Shown in pieces: positions 1 to 12,094 of a stretch of DNA of 64,000 nt (positions are counted from its first letter, which is position 1; each line of letters begins with the position of its first letter). The notes beneath the pieces were generated by a model. The model was given only the letters and a program-made list of their open reading frames with translations, searched no databases and was not told the origin of the DNA. This DNA comes from Isurus oxyrinchus (lineage: Eukaryota), in assembly GCA_026770705.1 (NCBI GenBank), contig JANJGN010000012.1, positions 45,818,001 to 45,882,000 of the forward strand. Reading direction: 5' to 3'. The position numbers and the translations under genes are program-made.

Positions 1-674
1 GATACAGATGGTCTGACCAGTAATTTTTATATGCCAAAGCTGGATACCTGGCCAGTATCAATGGGCAGTGGTATGTAAAGAGGGTGGACAGCAGCACCAC
101 TGTAGTTGGCTACCTTGGGCTAGGCCAAGGGCCAAAAGGGGAGACTGTTAGGGGGGAATATAGGGATACAGTAAGAAATTATTGAAAGGGAATGAATTAC
201 TTAAAATCTCCAAGCAGCCAGTACTACCAAGCACATTGGCAGTTAAAGGTGACCAGATGAACCTTGCACAGCCTTAGGGCCTGCAAACTAGAAAGGCTTT
301 GGGAACTGGACTGGAGTCAGAAGGTGGCAATACATAGATTAAGTGTGCTCTTCAACAGATAGGGGAAGAACAGATGGTCCTAATTTAGATAGGAGGGAAG
401 GTCTCTGACTGGGTGAAAACAAATAGGGACATATGGTGCATGTACTTGTTACCAGAGATGTCTGTTTAATGTAAACCTATATGTTGACGAGATTGGAATC
501 TGGAAACTGTTCTTGTACGTGACCAATAATGTATAAATATACTGAACCCTTGTAATTTAGCAGAGTGCTATCTCAAGCTGCATTGAGATGGTTGTCCCCT
601 TGCAATTGCTCAAATAAACGATCATGGCCTGTACCTGAGACTCCTGAGGTCCATTTGTCAAAGTGACCACAACA
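1..674 (+). mobile_element. 3' end of an endogenous retrovirus (3' internal sequence, PPT, 3' LTR 146-674); same family as the provirus at 33435-40872
   Basis: 1-145 aligns to 40221-40377. The PPT-like AAAAGGGGAGAC is followed by TGTTAGGGGG...CACAACA (TG...CA termini). TATA-like GTATAAATA near 530 and AATAAA at 613-618. Confidence 0.85.
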
Positions 675-679
675 CACAT

Positions 680-995
680 TGTACCTATCTTAGCTAAACA
701 AAATAATTGGTAGCCATTCATTGACTTATTCCTCCGGGCAATGCCTTGACCAATCATGGTCAAGCTGCCTGGTATAAATTTCAAACAATGCTCAGCAGTT
801 AACTGTCAGTCACCATCAATTGGTGCATTCTCACAGCAATGCCCCTACCAATCAGAGAGCACTTGCCTATCAATCAGCACTCTCTTCTCATACAGTGTAA
901 ATTGTTGTTTTCCCCTTACTTTGGTATTCTTGTGAAGTGTCCTGATGAGTGCAAGATGAAAAGCCTTGATATGTCTCTTTTTTTTTCAGCAATAC
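680..995 (+). repeat. Penelope-associated repeat remnant with a degenerate hammerhead-ribozyme-like core
   Basis: GTGTC-CTGATGA-GTGCAAGAT-GAAA-AGCCTT-GATAT at 937-972 follows the CUGANGA...GAAA layout; stem III is degenerate. Confidence 0.4.
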
Positions 996-1049
996 CCAAT
1001 TTCTTTACTACCAAACCACTACTTATTAGGCTTTAAGGAACCTCATGAT

Positions 1050-1472
1050 CAACACTGCCTTCCTACCTCATTTGAGAGGCCCTTGTCTCTCTCCTGCTTT
1101 AATACTCCAAGCTCCTGCTGGAACACCTTCTGCTCCCTTCCCTCTTCACTTTGCTGTCATCCATTGACCTTATTGCTGTTCCTTTGGGACATTTTTTGTG
1201 ACTCTTGTGTTGCACATTCTGAGGCTAGATCTCAGGTCTGGGTGGATTCATTCTGATATTGTGTGGACCAGAATGCCTAAGTAATTGGACTCCGGTAGGA
1301 GTGACACTGTGGTGAAAGGTCTTGCTGGGTCTGTGCTGAAGTTTGGCTTTGAGCACTGACACCCAGACCAGGCCTCACACCATTGGCTCACTGTGAATTG
1401 CTACTGGTTGTCAAGTCAACCTTGTACCTGTCCAGTGGGCTAATGTTGCAGTGTACATTGCTAGCAGCCTCA
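1050..1472 (+). other. 5' part of the J-C intron of IgL cluster A
   Basis: Collinear similarity to 44060-44461, e.g. TTTGAGCACTGACACCCAGACCAGGCC vs TTTGAGCGCTAACACCCAGACCAGGCC. Homology resumes at about 9010. Confidence 0.8.
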
Positions 1473-1756
1473 TGGAACCCGAGGACATTGAGGAAAGTAA
1501 AGGTGGAAATTGTGGAGATGCTGGCCATGATCTTCTAATCACCCTTAGATACAAGGGTGCTGCCAGAGGATTGGAGAACAACAGATGTTACATGCTTCTT
1601 CAAAAAAGGGTCCAAGGATAAGTCCAGCAACTACAGTCCAGTCAGTTCAACCTCTGAAAGCTTTCAGAAACTAATCCAGAACAAAATTAACAGTCACTAA
1701 TTAGTCAAATATGGATTAAGGAAAGTAGCATGGATTTGTTAAGGGCAAATTGTGCT

Positions 1757-4700
1757 ACATACATACATACGAACAAGGGGCAGGAGTAGGCCATTCAGCC
1801 CCTCGAGCCTGTTCAACCATTTAATAAGATCATGGCAATCTGATAGCAACTTGAAATCTGAATCCTGCCTACCCCCAATAACCGATCACTCCCTTTGCTT
1901 ACCAAGAATCTATCCACCTCTGCCTTAAAAATATTCAAAGACTTTTCTTCCACCACCTTTTCAGCAAGAGACTTCCAAAGATTTATGACCCTCTGATTGA
2001 AAAAAAATTGCTACATCTCTGTTTTAAACAGGTGACCCCTTATTTTTAAAGTCACCCCTAGTTCTAGATTCTCTCACAAGAGGAAATATCCTCTCCACAT
2101 CCACCCTGTCAAGACCCCTCAGGATCTTATATATTTCAATCAAGTCACCTCCTACCCTTCTAAACTCCAGTGGATACAAGTCTAGTTTGTCCAACCTTTC
2201 CTCATAAGACAACCCATCAATTTTAGATATCAGTCTGGTAAACCTCCTCTGAACTGCCTCCAACGCATTTACATCCTTCCTTAAATAAAGTGACCAATAC
2301 TGTACACAGTACTCCAAATGATGTCTCACTGGTGCCCTGTATAACTGAAGCATAACCTCCTTACTTTTGTATTCAATTTCCCCTCGCAATAAATGATAAC
2401 ATTCTATTAGCTTTTCTAATTACTTGCTGTAACTGCATACTAGCCTTTTGTGATTCACGTACTAGGACACCCAGATCCCTCTGAATCTCAGAGCTCTGCA
2501 ATTTCTCACCATTTAGATAATATGCTTTTCTTTTATTCTTCCTGCCAAAATGGGCAGTTTCACATTTTCCCACATAATACTCCATTTGCCAGATCTTTGC
2601 GCACTCACTTAACCTATCTATTTCTGTTTGTAGCCTTCTTATGTCCGCTTCAAAACTTACTTTCCTACCTTTCTTTATGTCATCAGCAAATTTGGCAACC
2701 ATCCCTTCTATCAAGTCATTTATATATATAGTAAACAGCTGAGGTCCCAGCACTGATCCCTGTGGCACACCACTCATTACATCTTGCCAACCTGAAAAAG
2801 ACCATTTATGCCTACTCTATACTTCCTGTTAGCCAGCCAATCTTCTATTCATGCCAATATGCTACCCCCTATACAATGAGTGTTTATTTTCCACAATAAC
2901 CTTTGATGTGGCACTTTATCAAATGTCTTCTGAAAATCTAAGTACAGTACATCCACTGGTTCCTCTTTATCCACTGCACATGTTACTTCCTCAAAGAACT
3001 CAGATAAGTTGGTTAAACACAATTTCCCTTTCACAAAACCATGTTGACTCTGCCTAGTGAACTTGAATTTATCCAAATGTCTTGCTATAACTTCTTTAAT
3101 AATAGTTTTTAACACTTCCTCTATGATAGATGTTAAGCTAACCGGCCTGTAGTTTCCCGCTTTCTGTCTTCCTCCCTTTTTGAATAATGGAGTTACATTT
3201 GCTATCTTCCAGTCTAATGGGACCTTCCCCGAATCTAGAGAATTTTGGAAAATCAAAACCAATACATCAGTTATCTCACTAGACATTTATTTTAAGACCC
3301 TAGGATGAAATCCATCAGGACCCGGGCTCTTGTCAGCCTGCAGCTCCAACAATGTACTCAGTACCACTTATCTGGTGACTGTAATTTTCCTGACTTCCTT
3401 CCCCACTTCCATTTCCTGGTTTATAGCTGCTTCTGGGATGTTACTTGTATCCTCTATAGTGAAATCTGTTGCAAAATACCTGTTCAATTCATCTGCCATC
3501 TCCTTGTTTTCCATTATCAATTCTCCAGTCTCACTTTCTATAGGACCAATGCTCGCTTTGTTAACTTTCTTTTTAAAATATTTATAAAAACTCTTACCAT
3601 CAGTTTTTATATTTCTGACTAACTTTCTCTCATACTCTAATTTTTCCCTCCTTATTAGTCTTTTAGTCATTCTTTGCTGTTTCTTATATTCTGTCGAATT
3701 TTCTGACCTGCCACCTGACTTTGCACAATTATATGCTTTTTCCTTAAGTTTGATACCATCTTTAACCTTTCTAGTTTACCATGGATGGTGTGTCTGTCCC
3801 TTGGACTTTTTCTTTCTTGTTGGAATGTATCTATTCTGTGCATTCTGAAATATCCCCTAAAATATTAGCCACTGCATCTCTATTGATCTATACCTTAACC
3901 TAATTTGCTTAGCCAGCTCTGGCTTTCATGCCCTCATAACTGCCCTTATTTAAGTTCAAAAACTTACCACAAACCCATTCCTCTCTCCCTCAATCTGAAT
4001 GTAGAATTCGATTATATTACGGTCGCTGCTACCTATGAGGAAGCTTCACTATGAGATAATTAATTAATCCAATTTCATTTCACAAAACCAGGTTTAGTAT
4101 AAAACAAAAACAGAATTACCTGGAAAAACTCAGCAGGTCTGGCAGCATCGGCGGAGAAGAAAAGAGTTGACGTTTCGAGTCTTCATGACCCTTCGACAGA
4201 ACTTGGTTCTGTCGAAGGGTCATGAAGACTCGAAACGTCAACTCTTTTCTTCTCCGCCGATGCTGCCAGACCTGCTGAGTTTTTCCAGGTAATTCTGTTT
4301 TTGTTTTGGATTTCCAGCATCCGCAGTTCTCTTTGTTTTTATCTCAGGTTTAGTATAGCCTGCTCTCTGGTTGTTCCAGAACATGCTGTTCTAAGAAACT
4401 ATCCCGGAAACATTCTATGACCTTCTCATCTAGTCTACCTTTGCCTATCTGACTTTTGCAGTCTACAGGTAAATTAAAATCCCCCATGATTATCACTGTG
4501 TCTTTCTGACAAGCTCCTATTATTTCTTCCTTTATGCTCAACCCTACCATGTGGTTACTATTAGGGGGCCTGTACACAACTCCCACAAGTTACTTCTTGC
4601 CTTTACCATTTCTCATCCCTACCCAGACCGTTCCCACATCCTGGTTTCCTGAACTTAGGTTATCCCTCTCCAAAACCATCATTAACTAACAGAACCACCT

Positions 4701-5075
4701 CTGCACCTTTTCTTTGTTTCCTGTCCATCCTAAATATCCCACATCTTTCAATATTCAGGTCTCAATCCATGTCCTCCTGCAGCCATATTTCCAGATTAGC
4801 TGTCTATTCGTAATTATTTAATTCTATGTGCGCTCTCAGTTCATGTTTTGTTTTGAATGCTTCATGCATTCAGATACAGAGCTTTTAGTTTCATCCTTTT
4901 ATTCTTTTTGTAACCTCTAGTTTCATCTGTTGATTTACTGTTTGATTTGTACTCTATCCATTCCTGTCATGGTCTGCTTATCATTTCCCGTAATAATACC
5001 TTTTTTTTTGTCTTGCCTCTGCTCTTTGATTCACCACATCTTCCCAAATTTGATCCCTTGCCTCCACTATTTAGT
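1757..5075 (-). mobile_element. CR1 LINE, degraded ORF2 (APE endonuclease + RT) with 3' microsatellite tail
   Basis: Minus-strand fragments GVVYRPPN, IIMGDFN, NYRPVSLTS, QHGFVKGK, YLDFQKTFDKVPH, SGVPQGSVLGP, FADD and LEYCVQYWS. (TACA)n tail at 1757-1770. Confidence 0.9.
4102..4344. mobile_element. Penelope terminal-repeat insertion forming a perfect 102-bp inverted repeat
   Basis: Arms 4101-4202 and 4206-4307 with loop TTG. TSD CAGGTTTAGTATA at 4089-4101 and 4345-4357. Sequence matches the Penelope ends at 6361-6440 and 8500-8600. Confidence 0.85.
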
Positions 5076-5158
5076 TTAAATTGTGTTTAACTGACTTGCT
5101 GGAGTTTTCTGAGGTAACAGAGTGTTGTTGAGAGGAATGTGGTTGATGTGGTTACATG

Positions 5159-5631
5159 AGGCAGAATCTTCGGCTCGGCGAGCAGGGGTGAGGCTTGTTG
5201 CCGAGATGTAAAATGACACGGGGTCACATCGGGTGTGCGTCCCGACGTCACTGCGCATCTTTCAGGTTTTCAGTTCACTGGGCAGGCACCCGACTCGGCT
5301 GAGTGCCCGCCGAACTGTCAAAGGCCTATTAAGGCCAGTTAATTATCAATTAAAACAATAAACTGAGCTGCCCGTCCAACCTTCGCATTTTTCATGGAAC
5401 CTCATCCACTGGGGGAGGAGGTTTCATAAAGGTTTTTAAAGGTTTGAAAAATTTTTAAATAAATTCATAGACATGTCCCAGCTCATGTGGCAGTTTCACA
5501 TGAGGGGACATATCCTAAAAAATTTTTTTTCCTTTATTAAAATTTTTTAAACTTAAACTAATCTCCCTGAAGCAGCTCTGTGCTTTAGGGAGATTCCTGC
5601 ACTCTTTTGCGCATGTGTGAAAATTCTCCCC
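5159..5631. mobile_element. Non-autonomous Harbinger-like MITE; related copies at about 10660-11250, 13790-14385, 46614-47268 and 49275-49810
   Basis: Short GGGCAGAAT-type inverted ends and a 3-bp TSD (ATG). Most copies share GGCCTATTAAGGCC and an ACATGTCCC...CACATGAGGGGACAT hairpin. Confidence 0.65.
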
Positions 5632-8600
5632 ATGGATTTGCAAAAAGCATTTGATAAAGTGCCACATAACAGGTTTATCAGCAATGTGAAAACTCATGGA
5701 ATAAAAGGAGCAGTCACAGCATGGATATGGAAATTGGGTGAGTGGCAGGAAACAGTAGTGGTGAATGGTTGTTTCTTGGACTAGAAGAAAGTATACAGTG
5801 GTATTCGCCAGTATTTACAGGTGGCACAAAATTTGGAAGTATCATGAACTGTGAGGAGGATAGTGATAGGTTTCAAGTGGTCATAAAGAGGCTGGTGGAA
5901 TTGGTGGATACATAACAGATGAAATTGAATGCAGAGAAATGTGAAGTGATTTATTTTGGGTGGAAGAACTGGAAGAGGTAATCTTTTAAAAAAAAAAGGT
6001 ATAATTCCACAGCGGGTGCAGGAGCAGATGTACCTGGGAGTATATGTACAAAAATTGTTGATGTTGTCAGGGCAAATTGAATAAGTGGTTATACACTTAT
6101 GGGATCCTGGGCTTTACAAATAGTGGTATTGAGTAAAAAGGCAAGGAAATTCTGAAGAACCTTTCTAAAATACTGGTTTGGCCACAACTGGAGTATTGTG
6201 TCCAATTCTGATTAACACATTTTAGGAAGGATGTGATAGCATTAGAGAAGCTACAGAAAAGATTTACAGAATGGTTCCAGGTATGAGGGACTTCAGCTAC
6301 GTGGATAGATTGGAGAAGGTGGGGTTACTTTCCTTGAGAAGACAGGGTTAAGAGGAGATTAAAAACAAAAAACTGCGGATGCTGGAAATCCAAAACAAAA
6401 ACAGAATTACCTGGAAAAACTCAGCAGGTCTGGCAGCATAGGCAGCATCAAGCCATTGTTTCCAGGACTGTCACTGACCTCATCTCCTCTGGGGATCTTC
6501 CTCCTACAGCTTCCAACCTGATAGTCACCCAACCTCGGACGGCCTGCTTCTACCTCCTACCCAAAATCCACAAACAGGACTGTCCTGGTAGACCAATCAT
6601 GTCAGCCTGTTCCTGCCCCACGGAACTCATTTCTCGTTATCTTGACTCCCTTCTCTCTCCCCTTGTTCAGTCTCTTCCCACCTACGTCCGTGATTCCTCT
6701 GACACCTTACGTCACATCAACAATTTCCAGTTCCCTGGCCCCAACCGCTTCCTCTTCACCATGGACGTCCAATCCCTCTACACCTCCATCCCCCATCAGG
6801 ATGGTCTGAGGGCCCTTAGCTACTTCCTCGAACAGAGGCCCGAACAATCCCCATCCACCACTACTCTCCTCCGTCTGGCTGAACTTGTTCTCACACTGAA
6901 CAATTTCTCCTTCAACTCCTCTCACTTCCTCCAAATAAAAGATATGGCTATGGGTACCCGCATGGGCCCCAGCTATGCCTGTCTCTTTATGGGGTATGTG
7001 GAACATTCCTTGTTCCAGTCCTACTCCGGCCCCCTTCCACAACTCTTTCTCCGGTACATCGATGATTACTTCAGTGCTGCTTCGTGCTCTCGTTGGGACT
7101 TGGAAAAATTTATTAATTTTGCTTCCAATCTCCACCCCTCCATCATTTTCACGTGGTCCATCTCTGATACTTCCCTTCCTTGACCTCGCTGTCTCAATCT
7201 CTGGTGATAGACTGTCCACCAATATCCATTACAAGCCTACCAACTCCCACAGCTACCTTGACTACAGCTCCTCACACCCTGCTTCCTGTAAGGACTCCAT
7301 CCCATTCTCTCAGTTCCTTCACCTCTGTCGCATCTGTTCCGATGATGCTACCTTCAAAAACAGTTCCTCTGACATGTCCTCCTTCTTCCTTAACCGAGGT
7401 TTTCCACCCACGGTCGTTGACAGGGCCCTCAACTGTGTCTGGCCCATCTCCCGCGCAACCGTCCTCACGCCTTCTCCTCCCTCCCAGAAACATGATAGGG
7501 TCCCCCTTGTCCTCACTTATCACCCCACCAGCCTCCGCATTCAAAGGATCATCCTCCGCCATTTTTGCCAACTCCAGCATGATGCCACATTTTCCCTTCA
7601 CCCCCACTGTCGGCATTCCGAAGGGCTCATTCCCTTCGGGACACCCTGGTCCACTCCTCCATCACCCCCTACTCCCCAACCCCCACCTATGGCACCACCC
7701 CATGCCCACGCAAAAGATGTAACACCTGCCCCTTCACTTCCTCTCTCCTCACCGGCCAAGGGCCCAAACACTCCTTTCAAGTGAAGCAACATTTCACTTG
7801 CATTTCCCCCAACTTAGTCTACTGCATTCGTTGCTCCCAGTGCGGTCTCCTCTACATTGGAGAGACCAAATGTAAACTGGGCGACCGCTTTGCAGAACAC
7901 CTGCAGTCTGTCCGCAAGAATGACCCAAACCTCCCTGTGGCTTGCCATTTCAACACTCCACCCTGCTCTCTTGCCCACATGTCTGTCCTTGGCTTGCTGT
8001 ATTGTTCCAGTGAAGCCCAACGCAAACTGGAGGAACAACACCTCATCTTCCGACTAGGCACTTTACAGCCTTCCGGACTGAATATTGAATTCAACAACTT
8101 TAGGTCTTGACCTCCCTCCTCCATCCCCATCCCCTTTCTGTTTACCTCTTCCTTTTTTTTTCCAATAAATTATATTGATTTTTCTTTTTCCCTCCTATTT
8201 CCATTATTTTTAAATATTTTTAAATCTTTTATGCTCCCCCCACCCCCACTAGAGCTATACCTTGAGTGCCCTACCATCCATTCTTAATTAGCACATTCGT
8301 TTAGATAATGTCACCAACTTCGACACCTATGTGTTCTTTTGTTCTGCCGCCTGTGACATCTTTTGATGATATGCTTCCATCACTGCTTTTGCCTACAACC
8401 ACACCACCCCCCTCCACTTCTCTCCCCCCACCCAACCCCCACCCGCCCCCACCACCACCTTAAACCAGCTTATATTTCAACCTCCCTGGGATTCACCTAG
8501 TTCTGTGGAAGGGTCCTGAGGACTCGAAACGTCAACTCTTTTCTTCTCCACCGATGCTGCAAGACCTGCTGAGTTTTTCCAGGTAATTCTGTTTTTGCTT

Positions 8601-8995
8601 AGGGTTAAGAGGAGATTTGACAGGGGTGTTTGAAATCATAAGGGATCTGGACTGAGTAAATAGGGAGAAACTGTTCCCATTGGTGGATGAGTGGAGAACA
8701 AGAAGCCACAGGTATAAGGTGAATTATGAACAAACCAAAAGCCACATGAGGAAAATCCTTTTTTTTATATCACAGCGACTGGTTAGTATGTGGAATGCAC
8801 TCTGACACTGATGGAGGCAGATTGAACCATGGCTTTCAAATGGAATTGGATAATTATCCAAATAGAAAACATTTGCAGGGTGATGGGGAAAAGCTGGGGC
8901 AGTGGGGCTAGCTCTGTTGGCCTTGCAGAGAACTGGCATGGACATGACGGGCCAGATAGCCTCCTTCTGTGCTGTACCCATTCCATGATTCTGTT
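5632..8995 (+). mobile_element. Degraded CR1 LINE 3' half, split by the Penelope insertion at 6361-8600
   Basis: DLQKAFDKVPH-like coding at 5632 and LEYCVQF at about 6190; continues after 8617 into a CR1 3' UTR ending at about 8990. Confidence 0.8.
6361..8600 (+). mobile_element. Penelope-like retroelement (RT + GIY-YIG endonuclease), 5'-truncated, with an inverted terminal piece
   Basis: RT motifs FTMDVQSLYTSIPH, MGTRMGPSYA and RYIDD (6599-7183), frameshifted at about 7180. GIY-YIG NLVYCIRCSQCGLLYIGET (7781-8110). 17-bp TSD AGGGTTAAGAGGAGATT at 6344-6360 and 8601-8617. Confidence 0.92.
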
Positions 8996-9199
8996 CAGTC
9001 AGCACATGTAGAATTTTTAGACACTTTGCAACTTTCTATTTCTAATCATTTACACTTGGATATTGAGAATTGTCCCTTTCATTCCCTCAGGACTGTAGCC
9101 ATGGGAATTGTGAATCCCAGGGAAGGATCGCTGAATATCAAGCAGGAAATGATATTAGCCTTTTATCTGCTCTCCCTACAGAAGGCTAATGTGCTAACT

Positions 9200-9720
9200 G
9201 GAGCATCATCACAGACCATTCACTGACTTGTCACTTACTAGTCTGTAGACCTGAGGACCACGCACCTGCTACCCTCACCTAGTGCGGCACTGGAGAGTTT
9301 GAGATACTTTTATCCTTCCCATGGCAGTGGGTGGCACAGAGAGACATTAATGATGGGTTGTGTGCAAAGGGGTGAATGGAAGAGAAAGAGCTGGTAGGAC
9401 AGTGTGGATACATGATCCGGGTTTGATGCCACTTTATATTGATAGTTTGTGTTTTTGAGTCCATTAATGGCTGTGTCAGAACCCATTGAAGTAGATTTTC
9501 AGAGGTAGTGATCACTTAGTTTTTGGTGAGAAGTGGGATCCAGAGAAGGAAAATCGGAATCACTTCCCTCCTTGTTCAAGGACGCTGAGATCAAATGACG
9601 AGTCCCTGCTGCGCTCACCCAAGACCAGCCAACTCAACACAGACTGGGGATAGAACCTAGGAGCTGGAGTGAAGTACCCACAGTGAGTGATGCTCTAATC
9701 CACAGAGTCACCAGGAGGGT
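9200..9720 (-). repeat. Ancient tRNA-derived SINE (AmnSINE2-like) in the J-C intron; paralogous copy at about 45160-45461
   Basis: Minus strand reads GGTTCTATCCCCAGTCTGTGTTGAGTTGGCTGGTCT..., resembling AmnSINE2 as I recall it. It sits at the same intron position in both clusters. Confidence 0.5.
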
Positions 9721-9942
9721 TCTAAAAGAAATAATTTTATTTTAAGAAATTGTAGCTTTTTTTGTTTTGACAACATCTGGACAATTTTAAAGGGGCAATG
9801 CCCTCTCGCTCAATGAATGGGTCAATGGGTTCCACTATAGGAAGCTGCAACCTTTGAAACCTGCTCCTATTAAATTCTGAAATGATCCTATGTTTTTCTC
9901 TAACTTTATACAAACATGTGTTTTCTCTGGTTCCGATCACAG

Positions 9943-10259
9943 CTCAGCAAATCCCTTCGGTAAAACTGCTTGGACCTTCAGCCAATGAGATGTCCACTAA
10001 AGGAGCCGGCACGTTAATTTGCCTGGTCAGCAAACTGTCCATGGGCTTTGCTGCGGTCAGCTGGACAGTCGATGGGAGCCCGACGAGCAGCAAAGTCCAA
10101 ACCAGCATGGCGTCGCGGAACCCAGACAACACCTTCAACCTTAGCAGCTACCTGACAGTCCCTGACAGAGATTGGAGCAGTGGGAAGGTGTACTCCTGTA
10201 CAGTTCAACAAGGAACAGCTTCAAAAATAACCACAACTGCTTCACAATCCAATTGTTAA
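9943..10259 (+). CDS. Ig light-chain constant exon, sigma type (cluster A)
   Basis: Acceptor ...ATCACAG at 9942, phase 1. C1-set domain GTLICLVS...VSWTVDG...FNLSSYL...DWSSGKVYSCTV with terminal Cys-stop (SQSNC*). About 96% identical to 45691-46013. Confidence 0.93.
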
Positions 10260-10596
10260 ATAGATCGAAGTTTAGCTTGTGTCTGTTGCCTGAATAGTGA
10301 GAATATGTCACTTTATCTTCCTCCACCTTTATCCACCCTCTACCCTGGTATCTGCTGCATTTTGTGTTTCTGTTTTGCTTTTTGTGATTCTGCTATATCA
10401 TTTGAAATGTTTGTACCTGAGGTAGGTTTTGCTGCACCAGGGTTAAAGTGACCAGTTATTTGACTTGAACCAGAGATTTCAGTTCAAATGTCTGAACGAG
10501 CACCAATGCTCGTTCTAATGAAAGTTATTAATGAAAATAGTTTCTGATTAGCCAACAGCATCAGACTGGTAATGACTGTCACTGAGTTTAAATTCC

Positions 10597-10602
10597 AATA
10601 AA
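10597..10602 (+). terminator. PolyA signal of cluster A C gene, followed by a (GT)11 tract at 10628-10649
   Basis: AATAAA in the same context (TTCCAATAAAGAG) as 46387-46392 in cluster B. Confidence 0.7.
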
Positions 10603-12094
10603 GAGGATCTGTGCAGGAAATATTTCCGTGTGTGTGTGTGTGTGTGTGTTCAGTCATTTGGGTAGAATTTAATACTGCCCCGCCCCCTGACCCCCCCACA
10701 GGTGAGTCCAGAGTTGCTGGGGGGGAAGGGGCATGTGATCAGGTTGCTGGGTGTGGGGGAATACTGTTGCCATCCTGTCACCTTCTGATTAAGTCTGGGA
10801 CAGAAAGTCCTGCAGGCAGCCTTCCCACCCGGAGCCAGCTGAGGCCTTAGGTAGCTATCTAAGGGCCCTGCCCTGCTGCCACTGGTATTCAACCTGTAAC
10901 AGGGTTGGAGGGGGAGCTCTCCATCAGGGGAGATCCCCCCCTCCCTGCAGCTAACCCTATTGGGGTGCCATTCGTCTTCTGGGGTGCTCCCCTGTACTCT
11001 GTGTCTGATTGAGGCACCTGGCATCGGCAAGGGAGATGGCCCACAAGGAAGTCACCCCCCACCAAGTCACCCTTCCCTTGCAGTCGATGTTCACCCTGCT
11101 CACATTTATCTCTTTTTGGGGATCCATGGCCGATTCTTCCTACAGGTCCCAGCACAATACCAATGGTGATCGCTGCTTCTGCTGGCACTGCCGTTACATG
11201 TACAACTGCTGATCTCTGATTGGCTGGCACTTCTCGAGGGCAGGATTTCCATAGCACAGTGAAAAGTGTACCAGTTAAGTGACTCCGCCAGAGCTGGTAG
11301 ACCCTGGTAGTATAAATCCCTCACCCAATTCGGAACTTAAATCAACTGAGGAATCCAAGATTGGGTTTATGGGGTTGGCACCAATGTTAAAGGGGCAATG
11401 CCCTCTTATGGGTGTGGTTGAGCCCCCTGCTGCCCATATTAAATTCCACTCATTGTGTTGCACTTCCCACCCCTAACCCCATCAAATGGTTTAGATCTGA
11501 GGAGCAAGGTGACAACATTGTGTGCCTTGTACAAGATACACTGCAACAATTCGCCAACAACTTCTAAACTTGGGACCTCTATCACCTAGAAGAAAAAGGG
11601 CAGCAGATGAATGGGAATCCCACCACCTGCAAGTTCCCCTCCAATTCACATAGCATTCTGATGTGGAACAATATTGCCATTCCTTCACCCTTGCTGGGCC
11701 AGAATGCATAAACTTCCTCCTGCCACTATTGTGAGTGTACCCACACCACATGGATTGCAGCGGTTCAAGAAGCTGGCTCACCATCATCTTCTCAAGGGCA
11801 ACTAGGGATGAGAAACAAATGTTGGTCTGGCCTGCACTGCTCACATCCCATGAAAGAATTTTTAAAAAGTCTCAACGCTTTGCTCCAGTTCTGATCCAGT
11901 TTCCATGCATGCAGGGACGTTATGGAAAGTCAGACAGGGCCTGATCAAAATTTTTCAAAGGTCCCTGGATATGGGAGTTGGGTCAGATGTCTGGAGAGTT
12001 GCCAGTATAATATTTCTTTCTAACCAAATAAACTAGGAAATTATAGACCAACAGAAGGCAGCACTGGTAAACCTGTAGGTGAGTGAGAGTGATT

